Below, piece after piece: positions 1 to 9,442 of a stretch of DNA of 64,000 nt. Within the stretch, counting starts at the first letter, position 1. Each line of letters begins with the position of its first letter. Source of the DNA: a bacterium (lineage in GTDB: Bacteria; SAR324; XYD2-FULL-50-16); contig JAVVEA010000013.1 in the NCBI GenBank assembly GCA_032250835.1, forward strand, positions 5,662 to 69,661, written 5' to 3'. Below the pieces are notes generated by a model that worked only from the letters and a program-made list of their open reading frames with translations, was not told the origin of the DNA and ran no database searches. The translations under genes and the position numbers were made by a program.

Positions 1-2
1 AA

Positions 3-470
3 ACCGGGCAGTTGGTCCCCAAACAGGAACCGATCCACTTGCGGAAAGTGGTTGAGGAACAGATTTCTAGGGCGGAAGCGGATTTAAAGAAAAAACAGCT
101 AGAGGCCTTGGTCAAGGTGCCCAAGGGCTTGGTGGTCACCGCCGACCCGGCTTTATACAGCGAGGTTTTACATAACCTGCTAACGAACGCGATTAAGTTT
201 TCACAGCCCGGCCAACAGATTGTTTTTGAGGTCCCTGAGGGGCACCCCAACTGGCTTGCGGTGACTGATCAGGGGATCGGGATTCCCGAGAGTTTACAAG
301 AACACCTATTCTGCTACGAGGTCACCACCACCCGCCCCGGCACCCAGGGCGAACGCGGCACCGGCTTCGGCCTACCCTTGTCCCAAGACATCCTCCAAGC
401 CATGGGCGGCCACCTGGTCTTTGACCCGAGCCCCAACCAGGGAAGTCGGTTTGTGATCAAGCTGGGGTGA
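3..470 (+). CDS. Sensor histidine kinase, C-terminal HATPase_c domain (5'-truncated by window edge)
   Basis: N box (NLLTNAIKFS), G1 (DQGIGI), G2 (GTGFGL); frame is open to the window start. Confidence 0.85.
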   Translation, partial: TGQLVPKQEPIHLRKVVEEQISRAEADLKKKQLEALVKVPKGLVVTADPALYSEVLHNLLTNAIKFSQPGQQIVFEVPEGHPNWLAVTDQGIGIPESLQEHLFCYEVTTTRPGTQGERGTGFGLPLSQDILQAMGGHLVFDPSPNQGSRFVIKLG

Positions 471-584
471 TGATTGTGGTCTGCCATTGGGTTTTGGGGG
501 TAACCGGCCTTTAGCCAAGATTGAAGGAAAAGAAGCGGGGGAAAGGATGCGCCGATTTGCATTTGCCGCAAGACAAATTAATAC

Positions 585-614
585 TTGCAGTTCAATTAAG
601 TTTTATTGTAAAGC
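585..614 (+). promoter_or_regulatory. Putative sigma70 promoter of the mini-array/cas operon, containing a TTC-PAM-flanked partial protospacer (PAM 591-593, protospacer from 594)
   Basis: AT-rich; TTGCAG (585-590) is -35-like with a weak -10-like TAAAGC 18 nt later; 594-610 matches the spacer at 676-692 at 16/17 positions. Confidence 0.5.
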
Positions 615-642
615 TATCCATAACCGCCCTTAAGGCGATGAA

Positions 643-734
643 ATCTCGTTCTGATAAGATCGAGCGGATTGAAACAATTAAGTTTTTTTGTATTTTCTAA
701 TACCGAGCTCCGCCCTGTAAGGGCGGGGTTGCAG
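643..734 (+). ncRNA. CRISPR-like regulatory mini-array (degenerate repeat - ~33 nt spacer - degenerate repeat), CreA/CreR-like guide RNA
   Basis: 643-675 is a hairpin (CTCG.TCT-GATA-AGA.CGAG) followed by CGGATTGAAAC, versus TGGATTGAAAC in the array repeat; 709-734 is a CGCCCT-GTA-AGGGCG hairpin followed by GGGTTGCAGT. Confidence 0.7.
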
Positions 735-890
735 TGGAATTGTTTTTAGTCTTTGAATTGAGCTGCTTTTTTGGGCCTTCGGCTACCTGGGACCCGCAGT
801 TTATTTCAATATTTTTACCAATTGACCGAAACTTAGCCGCTCAGGGTGACGCCATGGGGTTCGGTTGTGAATTTTGGAGCTTAATTTCTG

Positions 891-1235
891 ATGCTTGATC
901 CCCTCTACGCGCACTCCCGCGAAGGCCATCCCAAGGAAGCTTGGCACTCTCTAGAAGACCACTTAAAAGCGACCGCCGCTTTGGCGGCCCGCTTTGCCAA
1001 TCCGTTGGGCTTTGAAGATTGGGCCGCTTTGGCTGGGGTCCTGCACGACCTCGGCAAATCTTCCCAAGCCTTTCAAGGTTATCTTTCCATCGTCACCGAG
1101 AAAGTCTGCATAGGCCCCTCGTATTACGCAAAGTCCACCGCTGCGAATATTGCCCGCTGCCTATTTGCTGACGGAGCGAAAAGTTCCATGGGTCCATATG
1201 GTTTTTGGCAATCTCTACAAAACCACACTTTTTAA
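891..1235 (+). pseudogene. Truncated Cas3 HD-nuclease N-terminal fragment
   Basis: YAHS...HSLEDHL...LHDLGK..AFQGYL parallels the N-terminus of the adjacent Cas3, then similarity stops; the later DHS, HH and DAD motifs are missing. Confidence 0.7.
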
Positions 1236-1244
1236 GGGCAAGTT

Positions 1245-3701
1245 ATGAGTCCAGAAGATTTGATTGCGCATTTCCGCTCCTCTGATCACACGACACAACT
1301 CTTGGTCGATCACCTGACCGCGGTGGCGTCACTGGCTCGCCAATATGCCGCTAAAATCGGCTGTCCGAATTCTGGGGAGGCGATTGGCTTAGGTCATGAT
1401 ACCGGCAAAGCAGGCTCGATTTTCCAAAACTATCTACGGTCTGCGGTTGGGTTGCTGGACCCTGACCAAGACGCCGACTACCTAGATACGAGGCATTACG
1501 CCGGGAAAATCGATCACTCGACGGCAGGGGCGCAACTGATGTGGCGGAGCCTCTCTAAAGGCGACAAGCAGAGCCAAGTGTTGGGTCAGGTGCTGGCACT
1601 TTGCATTTCTTCGCACCATTCTGGCCTAATCGACGCACTGACCCCCGACGGCAAAGACCGATTTTCCGAGCGAATGGGGAAGGATGATGCCAAGACCCAC
1701 TGCTCCGAAGCCTTTGAAAAATTGCAGGGACCCGTCCTGGACCGCATCTGTGAGCTGCTGGCGGACCCAGAGACTCAGGGCGAAGTTGCCCGATTGCTGC
1801 GCCAAATTTGGGAACGGGACCGGGCAAACGAAATAGTGGTTCGGTGCAAAGCTGGGCTTGCCGTCCGCTTTTTGTTTAGTTGCCTGATCGACGCAGACCG
1901 GGTGGATTCGGCGGATTTTGAAGCGCCCCAAGGGGCCGCTTTGAGGGGGCAACATCCCGGTTGGGAAATCTTGATCGATCGGCTTGAGGCCCATTTGGAC
2001 AAAATACCGGACCAATACCCTATTGACCCCCTGCGGCGAGAGATTTCGGCTCACTGTCGAAGCGGGGCTGTGCGGGACCAGGGCCTATTTTCCTTAAGCG
2101 TCCCCACTGGCGGAGGCAAGACTTTGGCTAGTTTGCGTTTCGCGCTCCATCACGCCCGGCGGCATGGGCTGGACCGGGTGATTTACGTTGTTCCCTTTAC
2201 CACCATCATCGACCAAAACGCTCAGTCGGTACGGAACATTTTAGATCCCCAGGCGACGGGTTCCATCGTACTGGAACATCATTCTAACCTGTTGCCCGAA
2301 AAGCAGACTTGGCAACACAAGCTGCTATCGGCCAACTGGGATGCGCCCATTGTCTTCACCACTTCTGTACAGTTTTTAGAAGCACTGTTCGGTTCAGGAA
2401 CCCGAAGCGCCCGGCGAATGCACCAGCTGGCTAAATCTCTTCTGGTTTTTGACGAGGTGCAATCGCTCCCGATCAAGACGCTGCACCTCTTTAACAATGG
2501 GTTGAATTTATTGGTGGAGCAATGCGGGAGTACAGCGATACTCTGCACCGCAACGCAACCGTTGCTGGACAAAATCGATCCGGCCAAGGGGGCTTTGGCC
2601 CTAAAACCGGACGCCGAGCTGATGCCCGAAGTGCTGCCACTCTTCAAACAGTTGGAGCGGGTTAAGGTGTTACCCAAGCTCAAGCCTGCCGGATGGAAGG
2701 ACGAAGAGGTCGCCCATTTGGCGCAAGCGGAGGTCCTTAAGGCCGGGAGCTGTCTGGCGGTGGTGAACACAAAAAAATCGGCCCAATCGTTGTTCCGGCT
2801 CTGCCAGGGCAACGCAGATTACCCGGTGTTTCATCTTAGCACCCATCAGTGCCCGGCCCATAGAAAGGACCTATTAGAAAAAATAAAAGCACTGCTGGTG
2901 GCAGAAAAACCGGTACTCTGCATCAGTACGCAGTTGATCGAAGCCGGGGTCGATGTGGATTTTGGATCGGTGATCCGTTGCTTGGCCGGTTTGGATTCCA
3001 TCGCCCAAGCGGCGGGACGCTGCAATCGTAATGGCAAAGGTAAAGTGAAAGGGGAAGTGCACGTGGTCAACCTCGAAGCGGAGAACCTAGGTCCCCTGGA
3101 AGAAATCGCCATCGGCCAGAAAAATGCTCGGCGTATTCTAGATGAATTTGAAGAGGACCCAGAATCCTTTGATTGTGACCTCATCGGGCCTACCGCGATG
3201 AAACGGTATTACCAATATGCTTTTTTTGACCGCAACCAGACCGAAAAGATGGATTTTCCGTTGCCCGCAACCTCTTTTGATCGGGACGACACCTTGTTGA
3301 GTCTGCTGGCGGAAAACAAGAAGTCCAAGGAGGAATTTTTGCGCATAAACAAAAATCAACCGTTCAATCACTATTTTGCCCAGTCCTTTATGTCGGCGGC
3401 CAAAAATTTCGCCGCCATTGACACACCCACCCAGGGGGTGATTGTCCCCTACGGGAGCAAAGGCCGGGAGCTGATTGGGGCGCTTTGCACGGAAGAAGAC
3501 TTGGCGAAGCGCAGGAAACTCTTGGCCCAGGCGCAGCAGTACTCGGTAAACCTGTTTAACCATGAGCGGGGAAGGTTGCCTCAAGGGGCCTTGGTCGAGG
3601 TGACGCAGCTCGGGCTGTTTTATCTGGATGAGAGGCACTACCACGAGGACTTTGGCTTTACTTTGGAACCTATCGGAAAAATGGAGGTGTATTTTGTTTG
3701 A
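1245..3701 (+). CDS. cas3: CRISPR-associated helicase/nuclease Cas3
   Basis: HD domain (GHDTGK, DHS, SHHSG, DADR), Walker A PTGGGKT, DEVQ, TAT, QAAGRCNR. Confidence 0.97.
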   Translation: MSPEDLIAHFRSSDHTTQLLVDHLTAVASLARQYAAKIGCPNSGEAIGLGHDTGKAGSIFQNYLRSAVGLLDPDQDADYLDTRHYAGKIDHSTAGAQLMWRSLSKGDKQSQVLGQVLALCISSHHSGLIDALTPDGKDRFSERMGKDDAKTHCSEAFEKLQGPVLDRICELLADPETQGEVARLLRQIWERDRANEIVVRCKAGLAVRFLFSCLIDADRVDSADFEAPQGAALRGQHPGWEILIDRLEAHLDKIPDQYPIDPLRREISAHCRSGAVRDQGLFSLSVPTGGGKTLASLRFALHHARRHGLDRVIYVVPFTTIIDQNAQSVRNILDPQATGSIVLEHHSNLLPEKQTWQHKLLSANWDAPIVFTTSVQFLEALFGSGTRSARRMHQLAKSLLVFDEVQSLPIKTLHLFNNGLNLLVEQCGSTAILCTATQPLLDKIDPAKGALALKPDAELMPEVLPLFKQLERVKVLPKLKPAGWKDEEVAHLAQAEVLKAGSCLAVVNTKKSAQSLFRLCQGNADYPVFHLSTHQCPAHRKDLLEKIKALLVAEKPVLCISTQLIEAGVDVDFGSVIRCLAGLDSIAQAAGRCNRNGKGKVKGEVHVVNLEAENLGPLEEIAIGQKNARRILDEFEEDPESFDCDLIGPTAMKRYYQYAFFDRNQTEKMDFPLPATSFDRDDTLLSLLAENKKSKEEFLRINKNQPFNHYFAQSFMSAAKNFAAIDTPTQGVIVPYGSKGRELIGALCTEEDLAKRRKLLAQAQQYSVNLFNHERGRLPQGALVEVTQLGLFYLDERHYHEDFGFTLEPIGKMEVYFV

Positions 3702-4419
3702 ATCAAAGAAAAACAGCATTGAATTTAAGGTCTGGGGGAGATATGCCCTGTTCACTGACCCCTTGACCAAATTGGGCGGTGAAAAATGCTCTTACCATAT
3801 TCCCACTTACGAGGCGCTCAAGGGCATCGCAAAGTCAATTTATTGGAAGCCCACCTTCACTTGGTTCATTGACGAAGTCCGGGTTCTGAACCGCATCCGC
3901 ACTCAGACCAAGGGGACCAAACCGCTGGAGTTCGGCGGCGGTAACTCACTAGCTTATTATACCTTCCTGGCCGATGTGGCCTATCAGGTACGGGCGCATT
4001 TTGAGTGGAACCCCTACCGCCCCGAACTGGCCGAAGACCGGATCGACAACAAACATTTTGAAATCGCCAAACGGGCGCTCTCCAAGGGAGGTCGTCAAGA
4101 CATCTTTTTGGGCACCCGTGATTGCCAAGGCTATGTGGAGCCCTGCGTATTTGGCCAAGGCGAGGGGGCCTATGATCAGGCAGGAGAATTGGCCTATGGT
4201 CTGATGTTTCACGGCTTTGACTATCCCGATGAAACCGGTGTCCATCAAATGGTTGCCCGGTTTTGGCAACCTGTCTTGCGGGACGGGTACCTCCGGTTTG
4301 AACCCCCGGCACAATGCAGGGTGCGTAAGGAGATAAAGGAAATGAAACCCAAGCAATTCAAGCTGGACCAAAGCTGCCAGCCTTCCACAGCGCTTTTGGG
4401 CGAAATGGAGGGAAAATGA
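3694..4419 (+). CDS. cas5: Type I-C Cas5 (Cas5d) crRNA-processing protein
   Basis: GRYALFTDP...SYHIPTYEALKGI..SIYWKP and FLGTRDC motifs; likely TTG start at 3694 after GGAGGTG, overlapping the cas3 stop. Confidence 0.95.
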   Translation: MFESKKNSIEFKVWGRYALFTDPLTKLGGEKCSYHIPTYEALKGIAKSIYWKPTFTWFIDEVRVLNRIRTQTKGTKPLEFGGGNSLAYYTFLADVAYQVRAHFEWNPYRPELAEDRIDNKHFEIAKRALSKGGRQDIFLGTRDCQGYVEPCVFGQGEGAYDQAGELAYGLMFHGFDYPDETGVHQMVARFWQPVLRDGYLRFEPPAQCRVRKEIKEMKPKQFKLDQSCQPSTALLGEMEGK

Positions 4420-6287
4420 GCTGGATCCAAAAACTATACGAAACCTATCAGCAATGCGCGCCAGCCGCTTTGAACACCCCAGACCCGCTGGCCCCAATCA
4501 GCCATGTTACTCAGCAGGCGCACATCGAAGTCACCTTGGACGGAAATGGGAACTTCAAAGGGGCGGAGGTCGTAGAAAAGGTCCCTACTCTGGTACCGGC
4601 AACGGAAGATTCCGCCAATCGTACCAGCGGGCAAGCAGCGCACCCTCTTTGCGACAAGCTCCAGTACTGCGCTGCGGACTACCCCGATTTGGGGGGCCGC
4701 AAACCCTCCTATTTTGAAGGGTACCAATCACAACTGGGCCAATGGTGCGCCTCTGAGTTCTCCCATCCGAAGGCTCAGGCAGTCTTGTCCTACATCAGCC
4801 AAAAAAGGCTGGTTCGCGACCTAATCGACTCTGGTGTCTGCTGGCTCGACCCGCAGGAGCAGCTTTGCACCAACGCCCCCCCAGATCAAACGACAGAGGC
4901 TAAGCTGTTTAAAATGCTGACGCCCAAAGAGGGCCTTCGGGATCAAGGCGATGGCTTTGTCCGTTGGCGGGTCAATATTCCCGGTGATCCTTACCCGGAG
5001 ACTTGGAACGACCCCTTGTTGTTAGATGCTTGGTCCCGTTACGACCAAAGCCAGCTCACAAAACGGGGGATATGTATGGTTACTGGTGAAGAAAGTGTTT
5101 TGGCGGAAAAACATCCGAGCAAGCTTCGGAATTCGGCGGATAAAGCCAAATTGGTGTCTTCAAATGACACTAGCGGATTCACCTTTAGAGGTCGTTTCAG
5201 TCAGGCTGATCAGGCGGTCGGCGTGGGGTTCGAAGTTAGCCAAAAGGCGCACAATGCCCTGAGGTGGCTGATCAAACGCCAAGGTTTCATGAATGAAGAT
5301 CAAGTGATTGTCTGCTGGGCTGTAGCGGGCCAAGAGATCCCTGATCCTTGGGCGGACTCGGCTACATTGTTCGGAGAAGAATCTCAGCCCGAAGCAGTTA
5401 CTTCCAGCGAAGCGGGCCAAACCTATGCCAAGCAGTTGGCCAAGGCGTTGGCTGGTTATCGCCAAAACTTAAATGACAGCGCTGCTATGGTCGTAATGGC
5501 TTTAGATTCGGCGACACCTGGACGGCTGGCCATCACCTACTACCGCGAGTTGACTGGGTCCGAGTTTTTGGACCGGGTCCAAGATTGGCACGAAAAGACG
5601 GCTTGGTACCGTGTTTCCAAAGGTCAACGATACATTGGGGCACCGCTCCCCAGGGAAATCGCCGAAGCCGCTTACGGTCAAATGGTGGACTCCAAGCTGA
5701 AAAAGGCGACTGTAGAGCGCCTCCTGCCCTGTATCATTGACGGGCGACCTTTGCCGTTGGACTTGGTTGAATCAATCGTCCGCCGCGCCTCTAACCGCAT
5801 CGGTCAGGAACCCTGGTTTTGGGAAAGAACCTTGGGCACCGCCTGTGCCTTATTTCGTAAACAAGCAAATGGGAGTTATTCGATGACTTTAGAAGAGCAA
5901 AGAACCAGCCGGGACTACCTTTATGGTCGTTTGCTGGCCATCGCCGATTTCTTGGAGGGGAAGGCCCTCTTTCTGGCCGACGAAGACCGGGAAACTACCG
6001 CTGCCCGGATGATGCACCGCTTCTCCAGCCAACCTTTTGCCACTTGGCCTCTGATCCACCAAGCCTTGGGCCCGTATAAGGCACGGCTTCGCGCGAAACG
6101 CCCTAAGCAGTTGGACTACTTGGAGCGCCAGATTATGGAGGTAACCAGCCAATTTAACCCCGCAGACTTTTTGGACAACAGGCGTTTGTCCGGCGAGTTT
6201 TTGCTGGGCTTTTATTGCCAGCGCCAAGCCCTGCGGTTCAAGCCAGACCATTCGGAAGAGACGATTGAAGAAACCCAGGCCAATTAA
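4416..6287 (+). CDS. cas8c: Type I-C large subunit Cas8c/Csd1
   Basis: MSWIQKLYETY, RTSG..AHPLCDKLQY, AKLVSSND, DYLYGRLLA, EFLLGFYCQ; position between cas5 and cas7. Confidence 0.95.
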   Translation: MSWIQKLYETYQQCAPAALNTPDPLAPISHVTQQAHIEVTLDGNGNFKGAEVVEKVPTLVPATEDSANRTSGQAAHPLCDKLQYCAADYPDLGGRKPSYFEGYQSQLGQWCASEFSHPKAQAVLSYISQKRLVRDLIDSGVCWLDPQEQLCTNAPPDQTTEAKLFKMLTPKEGLRDQGDGFVRWRVNIPGDPYPETWNDPLLLDAWSRYDQSQLTKRGICMVTGEESVLAEKHPSKLRNSADKAKLVSSNDTSGFTFRGRFSQADQAVGVGFEVSQKAHNALRWLIKRQGFMNEDQVIVCWAVAGQEIPDPWADSATLFGEESQPEAVTSSEAGQTYAKQLAKALAGYRQNLNDSAAMVVMALDSATPGRLAITYYRELTGSEFLDRVQDWHEKTAWYRVSKGQRYIGAPLPREIAEAAYGQMVDSKLKKATVERLLPCIIDGRPLPLDLVESIVRRASNRIGQEPWFWERTLGTACALFRKQANGSYSMTLEEQRTSRDYLYGRLLAIADFLEGKALFLADEDRETTAARMMHRFSSQPFATWPLIHQALGPYKARLRAKRPKQLDYLERQIMEVTSQFNPADFLDNRRLSGEFLLGFYCQRQALRFKPDHSEETIEETQAN

Positions 6288-6326
6288 AAACAACTTGTAC
6301 GATTTAAACTATATTAAGGAGTTACC

Positions 6327-7181
6327 ATGACTGCTTTGCAAAACAAAATTGATTTCGCCGTTGTCTTTGAAGTTAAAAACGCTAACCCCAACGGTGACCC
6401 GCTCAACGGCAATCGCCCCCGAACCGACTACGACGGGATCGGCGAGGTGACTGATGTCTGCTTGAAACGAAAGATTAGGGACCGCCTTTTAGAGCAAGGC
6501 CACTCTATTTTCGTGCAGTCAGAGGACCGGAAGTCCGACGACGCCACCAGTTTGCGTGACCGAGCAGAAAAGAACCTGGGTAAAAAGCTGACCCGCGACG
6601 AAACCATCCAGCAGGCTAGCGAAAAATGGCTGGACGTCCGGGCTTTTGGGCAGTTGTTTGCGTTCTCATCCAAAAAAAAGGAGGAAGGTAGTGATGGCGT
6701 TTCTATTGGCATCCGTGGTCCCGTCACCGTACAATCGGCTTTCAGCATCGCCCCGGTTGAGGTGGTGAGTGTACAGATCACCAAAAGCGTTAACGGCGAG
6801 GACCCCAAAAAAGCAGGGGGCCGCACTTCAGACACAATGGGCATGAAACACCGGGTCAAACACGGTGTTTATGTATTTTATGGGGCCATGAACCCCCAGC
6901 TGGCCGAAAAAACCGGTTTTTCTGACCAAGACGCGGAGGCTATCCTGGAGGTCTTGCCCCGAATTTTCGAGAACGATGCCTCTTCGGCGCGGCCCGAGGG
7001 CACTTTACAGGTGCTAAAGGCCGGCTACTGGAAACATACCTCCAAGGCTGGGCAATATTCTTCTGCCAAAGTCCACCAGACTTTGAAGGTCCGTATGGAT
7101 GATCTGAACCCCAATGGCGAACTGGAGCTTCAGGTCGGGCAGTTAGACGGATTGGTCTTTACGGAACTGCCCCTCTTTTGA
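6327..7181 (+). CDS. cas7: Type I-C Cas7/Csd2 backbone subunit
   Basis: NANPNGDPLNGNRPR, TDVCLKRKIRD, DVRAFG, IRGPV, TMGMKH. Confidence 0.96.
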   Translation: MTALQNKIDFAVVFEVKNANPNGDPLNGNRPRTDYDGIGEVTDVCLKRKIRDRLLEQGHSIFVQSEDRKSDDATSLRDRAEKNLGKKLTRDETIQQASEKWLDVRAFGQLFAFSSKKKEEGSDGVSIGIRGPVTVQSAFSIAPVEVVSVQITKSVNGEDPKKAGGRTSDTMGMKHRVKHGVYVFYGAMNPQLAEKTGFSDQDAEAILEVLPRIFENDASSARPEGTLQVLKAGYWKHTSKAGQYSSAKVHQTLKVRMDDLNPNGELELQVGQLDGLVFTELPLF

Positions 7182-7266
7182 GCATTTTGACATGCCTAAA
7201 AACGTACAGGCTAGCAAAGGGAATCCTGCCGGGGGCAGCTTGGATAGCTTCGACGGCAGGGATTCA

Positions 7267-7884
7267 ATGACGGAAGGCGCCGAAAGGGAACCCATTCTTC
7301 TTTCGGCGCTACAACACTACTTATTTTGCCCCCGTCAATATGCCTTGATTCATCTTGAAGGGGCTTGGGCAGAAAACCAGCAAACCGCGCAGGGGCAAAT
7401 TCTACACAGGCGGGTAGACGAGCCCCAAACGCTCTGGGAAAGTGGTGTCCGCGTCGAGATGGGCCTTCAGCTCCACCATAAAAAATTAGCCATTTCGGGT
7501 CGAGCCGACCGCGTCGAATTTAACCCAGACCCCTTTCCGGTAGAAACTAAAAGAGGACGTCCCAAAAAGCAGGATTGGGACCGAGTGCAGCTTTGCGCCC
7601 AAGCACTTTGTCTTGAAGAAATGTTGGGGGTCCCGGTCTTGGCGGGTGCGTTGTATTATGCGCAGCCGAAGCGACGCGAGCTCGTTGCCTTCGACCACGC
7701 TATTCGCGAAAAAACCCTGCAAACCATTGATGCGGTCCACCGGCTAAGTGAATCAGGGATTACCCCGGCCCCTCCGGCCAAGGCCTCATGCCGCAATTGT
7801 TCTTTAGTGGATTTATGTTTACCCAACATGTTTAAGCATTCCCGCAGCGCGGCAGCTTACCGAGAACAGGAGTGCGACCTATGA
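7267..7884 (+). CDS. cas4: Cas4 exonuclease
   Basis: LSALQHYLFCPRQ, GRADRVE, PVETKRG, QLCAQALCLEEM, C-terminal CRNCSLVDLC Fe-S motif; ATG at 7267 preferred. Confidence 0.95.
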   Translation: MTEGAEREPILLSALQHYLFCPRQYALIHLEGAWAENQQTAQGQILHRRVDEPQTLWESGVRVEMGLQLHHKKLAISGRADRVEFNPDPFPVETKRGRPKKQDWDRVQLCAQALCLEEMLGVPVLAGALYYAQPKRRELVAFDHAIREKTLQTIDAVHRLSESGITPAPPAKASCRNCSLVDLCLPNMFKHSRSAAAYREQECDL

Positions 7885-8912
7885 AAAGACTACTCAACAC
7901 GCTATATCTGACCCGCGACGGAATTTACCTGAACAAGGAGCGCGAAACCTTCAAAGTGATGAAAGACACCAAAACTCTAATGAAAGTCCCTGTGGGCACC
8001 ATCAACCAAATTATTTGCATTGGGTCGGTCACTCTCACGCCCCCGGTTATGGCCTTTTGCGTTGATCAGGGGGTGTCGGTTGTTTACCTCAGCGAATACG
8101 GCAGGTTCCAGGTGCGACTAGAAGGGCCGACTTCAGGCAATATACTTCTGCGCCGCCGGCAATATGCGATAGCCCAGGAGCCCAATACGGCCTTGGACGT
8201 GAGCCGAAGTTTTGTGTTGGGGAAATTAGTCAACGCAAAGCGGGTGCTTTCTAGGGCTCTGGCCGACCACGGGGACCGGCTGGACCAAGGCGCTTTTACC
8301 ACAACCCTCCAAAGGTACCGCGAGGCCCGGCAACAGGTGCTGCAAACCGATAATTTAGATAGCTTGCGGGGTATTGAAGGGGAGCTGGCGAAACGATATT
8401 TTGCCCTCTTTGATCAGATGATTTTAAACAACAAAGAAGATTTCTATTTTAAGGGGCGCAGTCGCAGACCGCCTTTGGACCGGATCAATGCGCTACTTTC
8501 CTTTTTGTATGCGTTGCTTTTGGCGGACTGCCGTGCGGCTTTAGAAGGGGTCGGGTTGGATTCTGCCGCAGGGTACCTGCACCAAGACCGCCCGGGGAGG
8601 CCCGGTTTGGCGCTAGATTTGATGGAGGAATTTCGGCCTCTGCTGGCGGATCGGTTGGCTTTGTCTTTGGTTAATCGGTCCCAGGTAAATGCCGATGATT
8701 TCACGCTGCAATCCGCCGGTGCGGTTTTGTTAAACGATTCTGGGCGGCGCAAGGTGGTCGCCGCATATCAAGAGCGTAAAACAACCGACATCACCCACCC
8801 TTTCTTAAACGAAAAATTTGCTCAAGGACTGCTGCCGCACGCTCAAGCCCTTCTGCTGGCGCGCTATATCAGAGGCGATCTAGATGCTTATCCGCCCTAT
8901 TATTGGAAATAG
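7881..8912 (+). CDS. cas1: Type I-C Cas1 integrase
   Basis: MKRLLNTLY, GNILLRRRQY, LRGIEG, RSRRPPLD, LALDLMEEFRP, YPPYYWK. Confidence 0.97.
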   Translation: MKRLLNTLYLTRDGIYLNKERETFKVMKDTKTLMKVPVGTINQIICIGSVTLTPPVMAFCVDQGVSVVYLSEYGRFQVRLEGPTSGNILLRRRQYAIAQEPNTALDVSRSFVLGKLVNAKRVLSRALADHGDRLDQGAFTTTLQRYREARQQVLQTDNLDSLRGIEGELAKRYFALFDQMILNNKEDFYFKGRSRRPPLDRINALLSFLYALLLADCRAALEGVGLDSAAGYLHQDRPGRPGLALDLMEEFRPLLADRLALSLVNRSQVNADDFTLQSAGAVLLNDSGRRKVVAAYQERKTTDITHPFLNEKFAQGLLPHAQALLLARYIRGDLDAYPPYYWK

Positions 8913-8928
8913 ATAAAACGGGAGTATT

Positions 8929-9219
8929 ATGTTAGTGGTTGTTTGCTATGATGTCTCTACTGTCGAAGTTGCCGGAGAGCGGCGGTTGCGGCGCGTTGCA
9001 AAAGTCTGTGAAGATGTTGGGCAGCGAGTTCAAAAGTCGGTTTTCGAGTGCTTGGTTGAGCCTGCTCAGTGGGAATATTTCAAGGCTCGCCTGATTGAAA
9101 CCATCGACCTAAAAGAGGACTCGCTCCGTTTTTATTTTTTAGGTAGCCAATGGAAACGCAGAGTGGAACATATAGGGACCAATCGTCCCTGGGACCCTGA
9201 AGGTGTGCTGATTTTGTAA
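8929..9219 (+). CDS. cas2: Cas2
   Basis: VCYDVS, RRLRRVAKVC, QRVQKSVFEC, DSLRFY. Confidence 0.97.
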   Translation: MLVVVCYDVSTVEVAGERRLRRVAKVCEDVGQRVQKSVFECLVEPAQWEYFKARLIETIDLKEDSLRFYFLGSQWKRRVEHIGTNRPWDPEGVLIL

Positions 9220-9442
9220 TTGCGAACCTCAAGCTACGGTTGTGCTTTTGTGCGTTACATCAGCGGTGAATAAGGCGAGAGCTGCTTTTTTGAGACGCGC
9301 CCGTTCGCACTTCTCTTGTTCATTGAAAACTAAATAGGTTTATGCAAGAATTGTCAAAAGACATCAAATCTCCTTTCCGAAAGTTGCGGTTTCGCGGAAA
9401 GGCCCTGCCGAGCTGGTCCTAGCCAGCGATAAGAAAGCCGCA
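9220..9442 (+). promoter_or_regulatory. CRISPR leader
   Basis: Non-coding, partly AT-rich segment between the cas2 stop and the first repeat. Confidence 0.8.

Noticed and set aside
638-700. 20-codon mini-ORF (MKSRSDKIERIETIKFFCIF) overlapping the mini-array, considered as a CreT-like toxin
   Set aside because: No properly spaced strong RBS and no tandem rare codons after the ATG; best explained as chance
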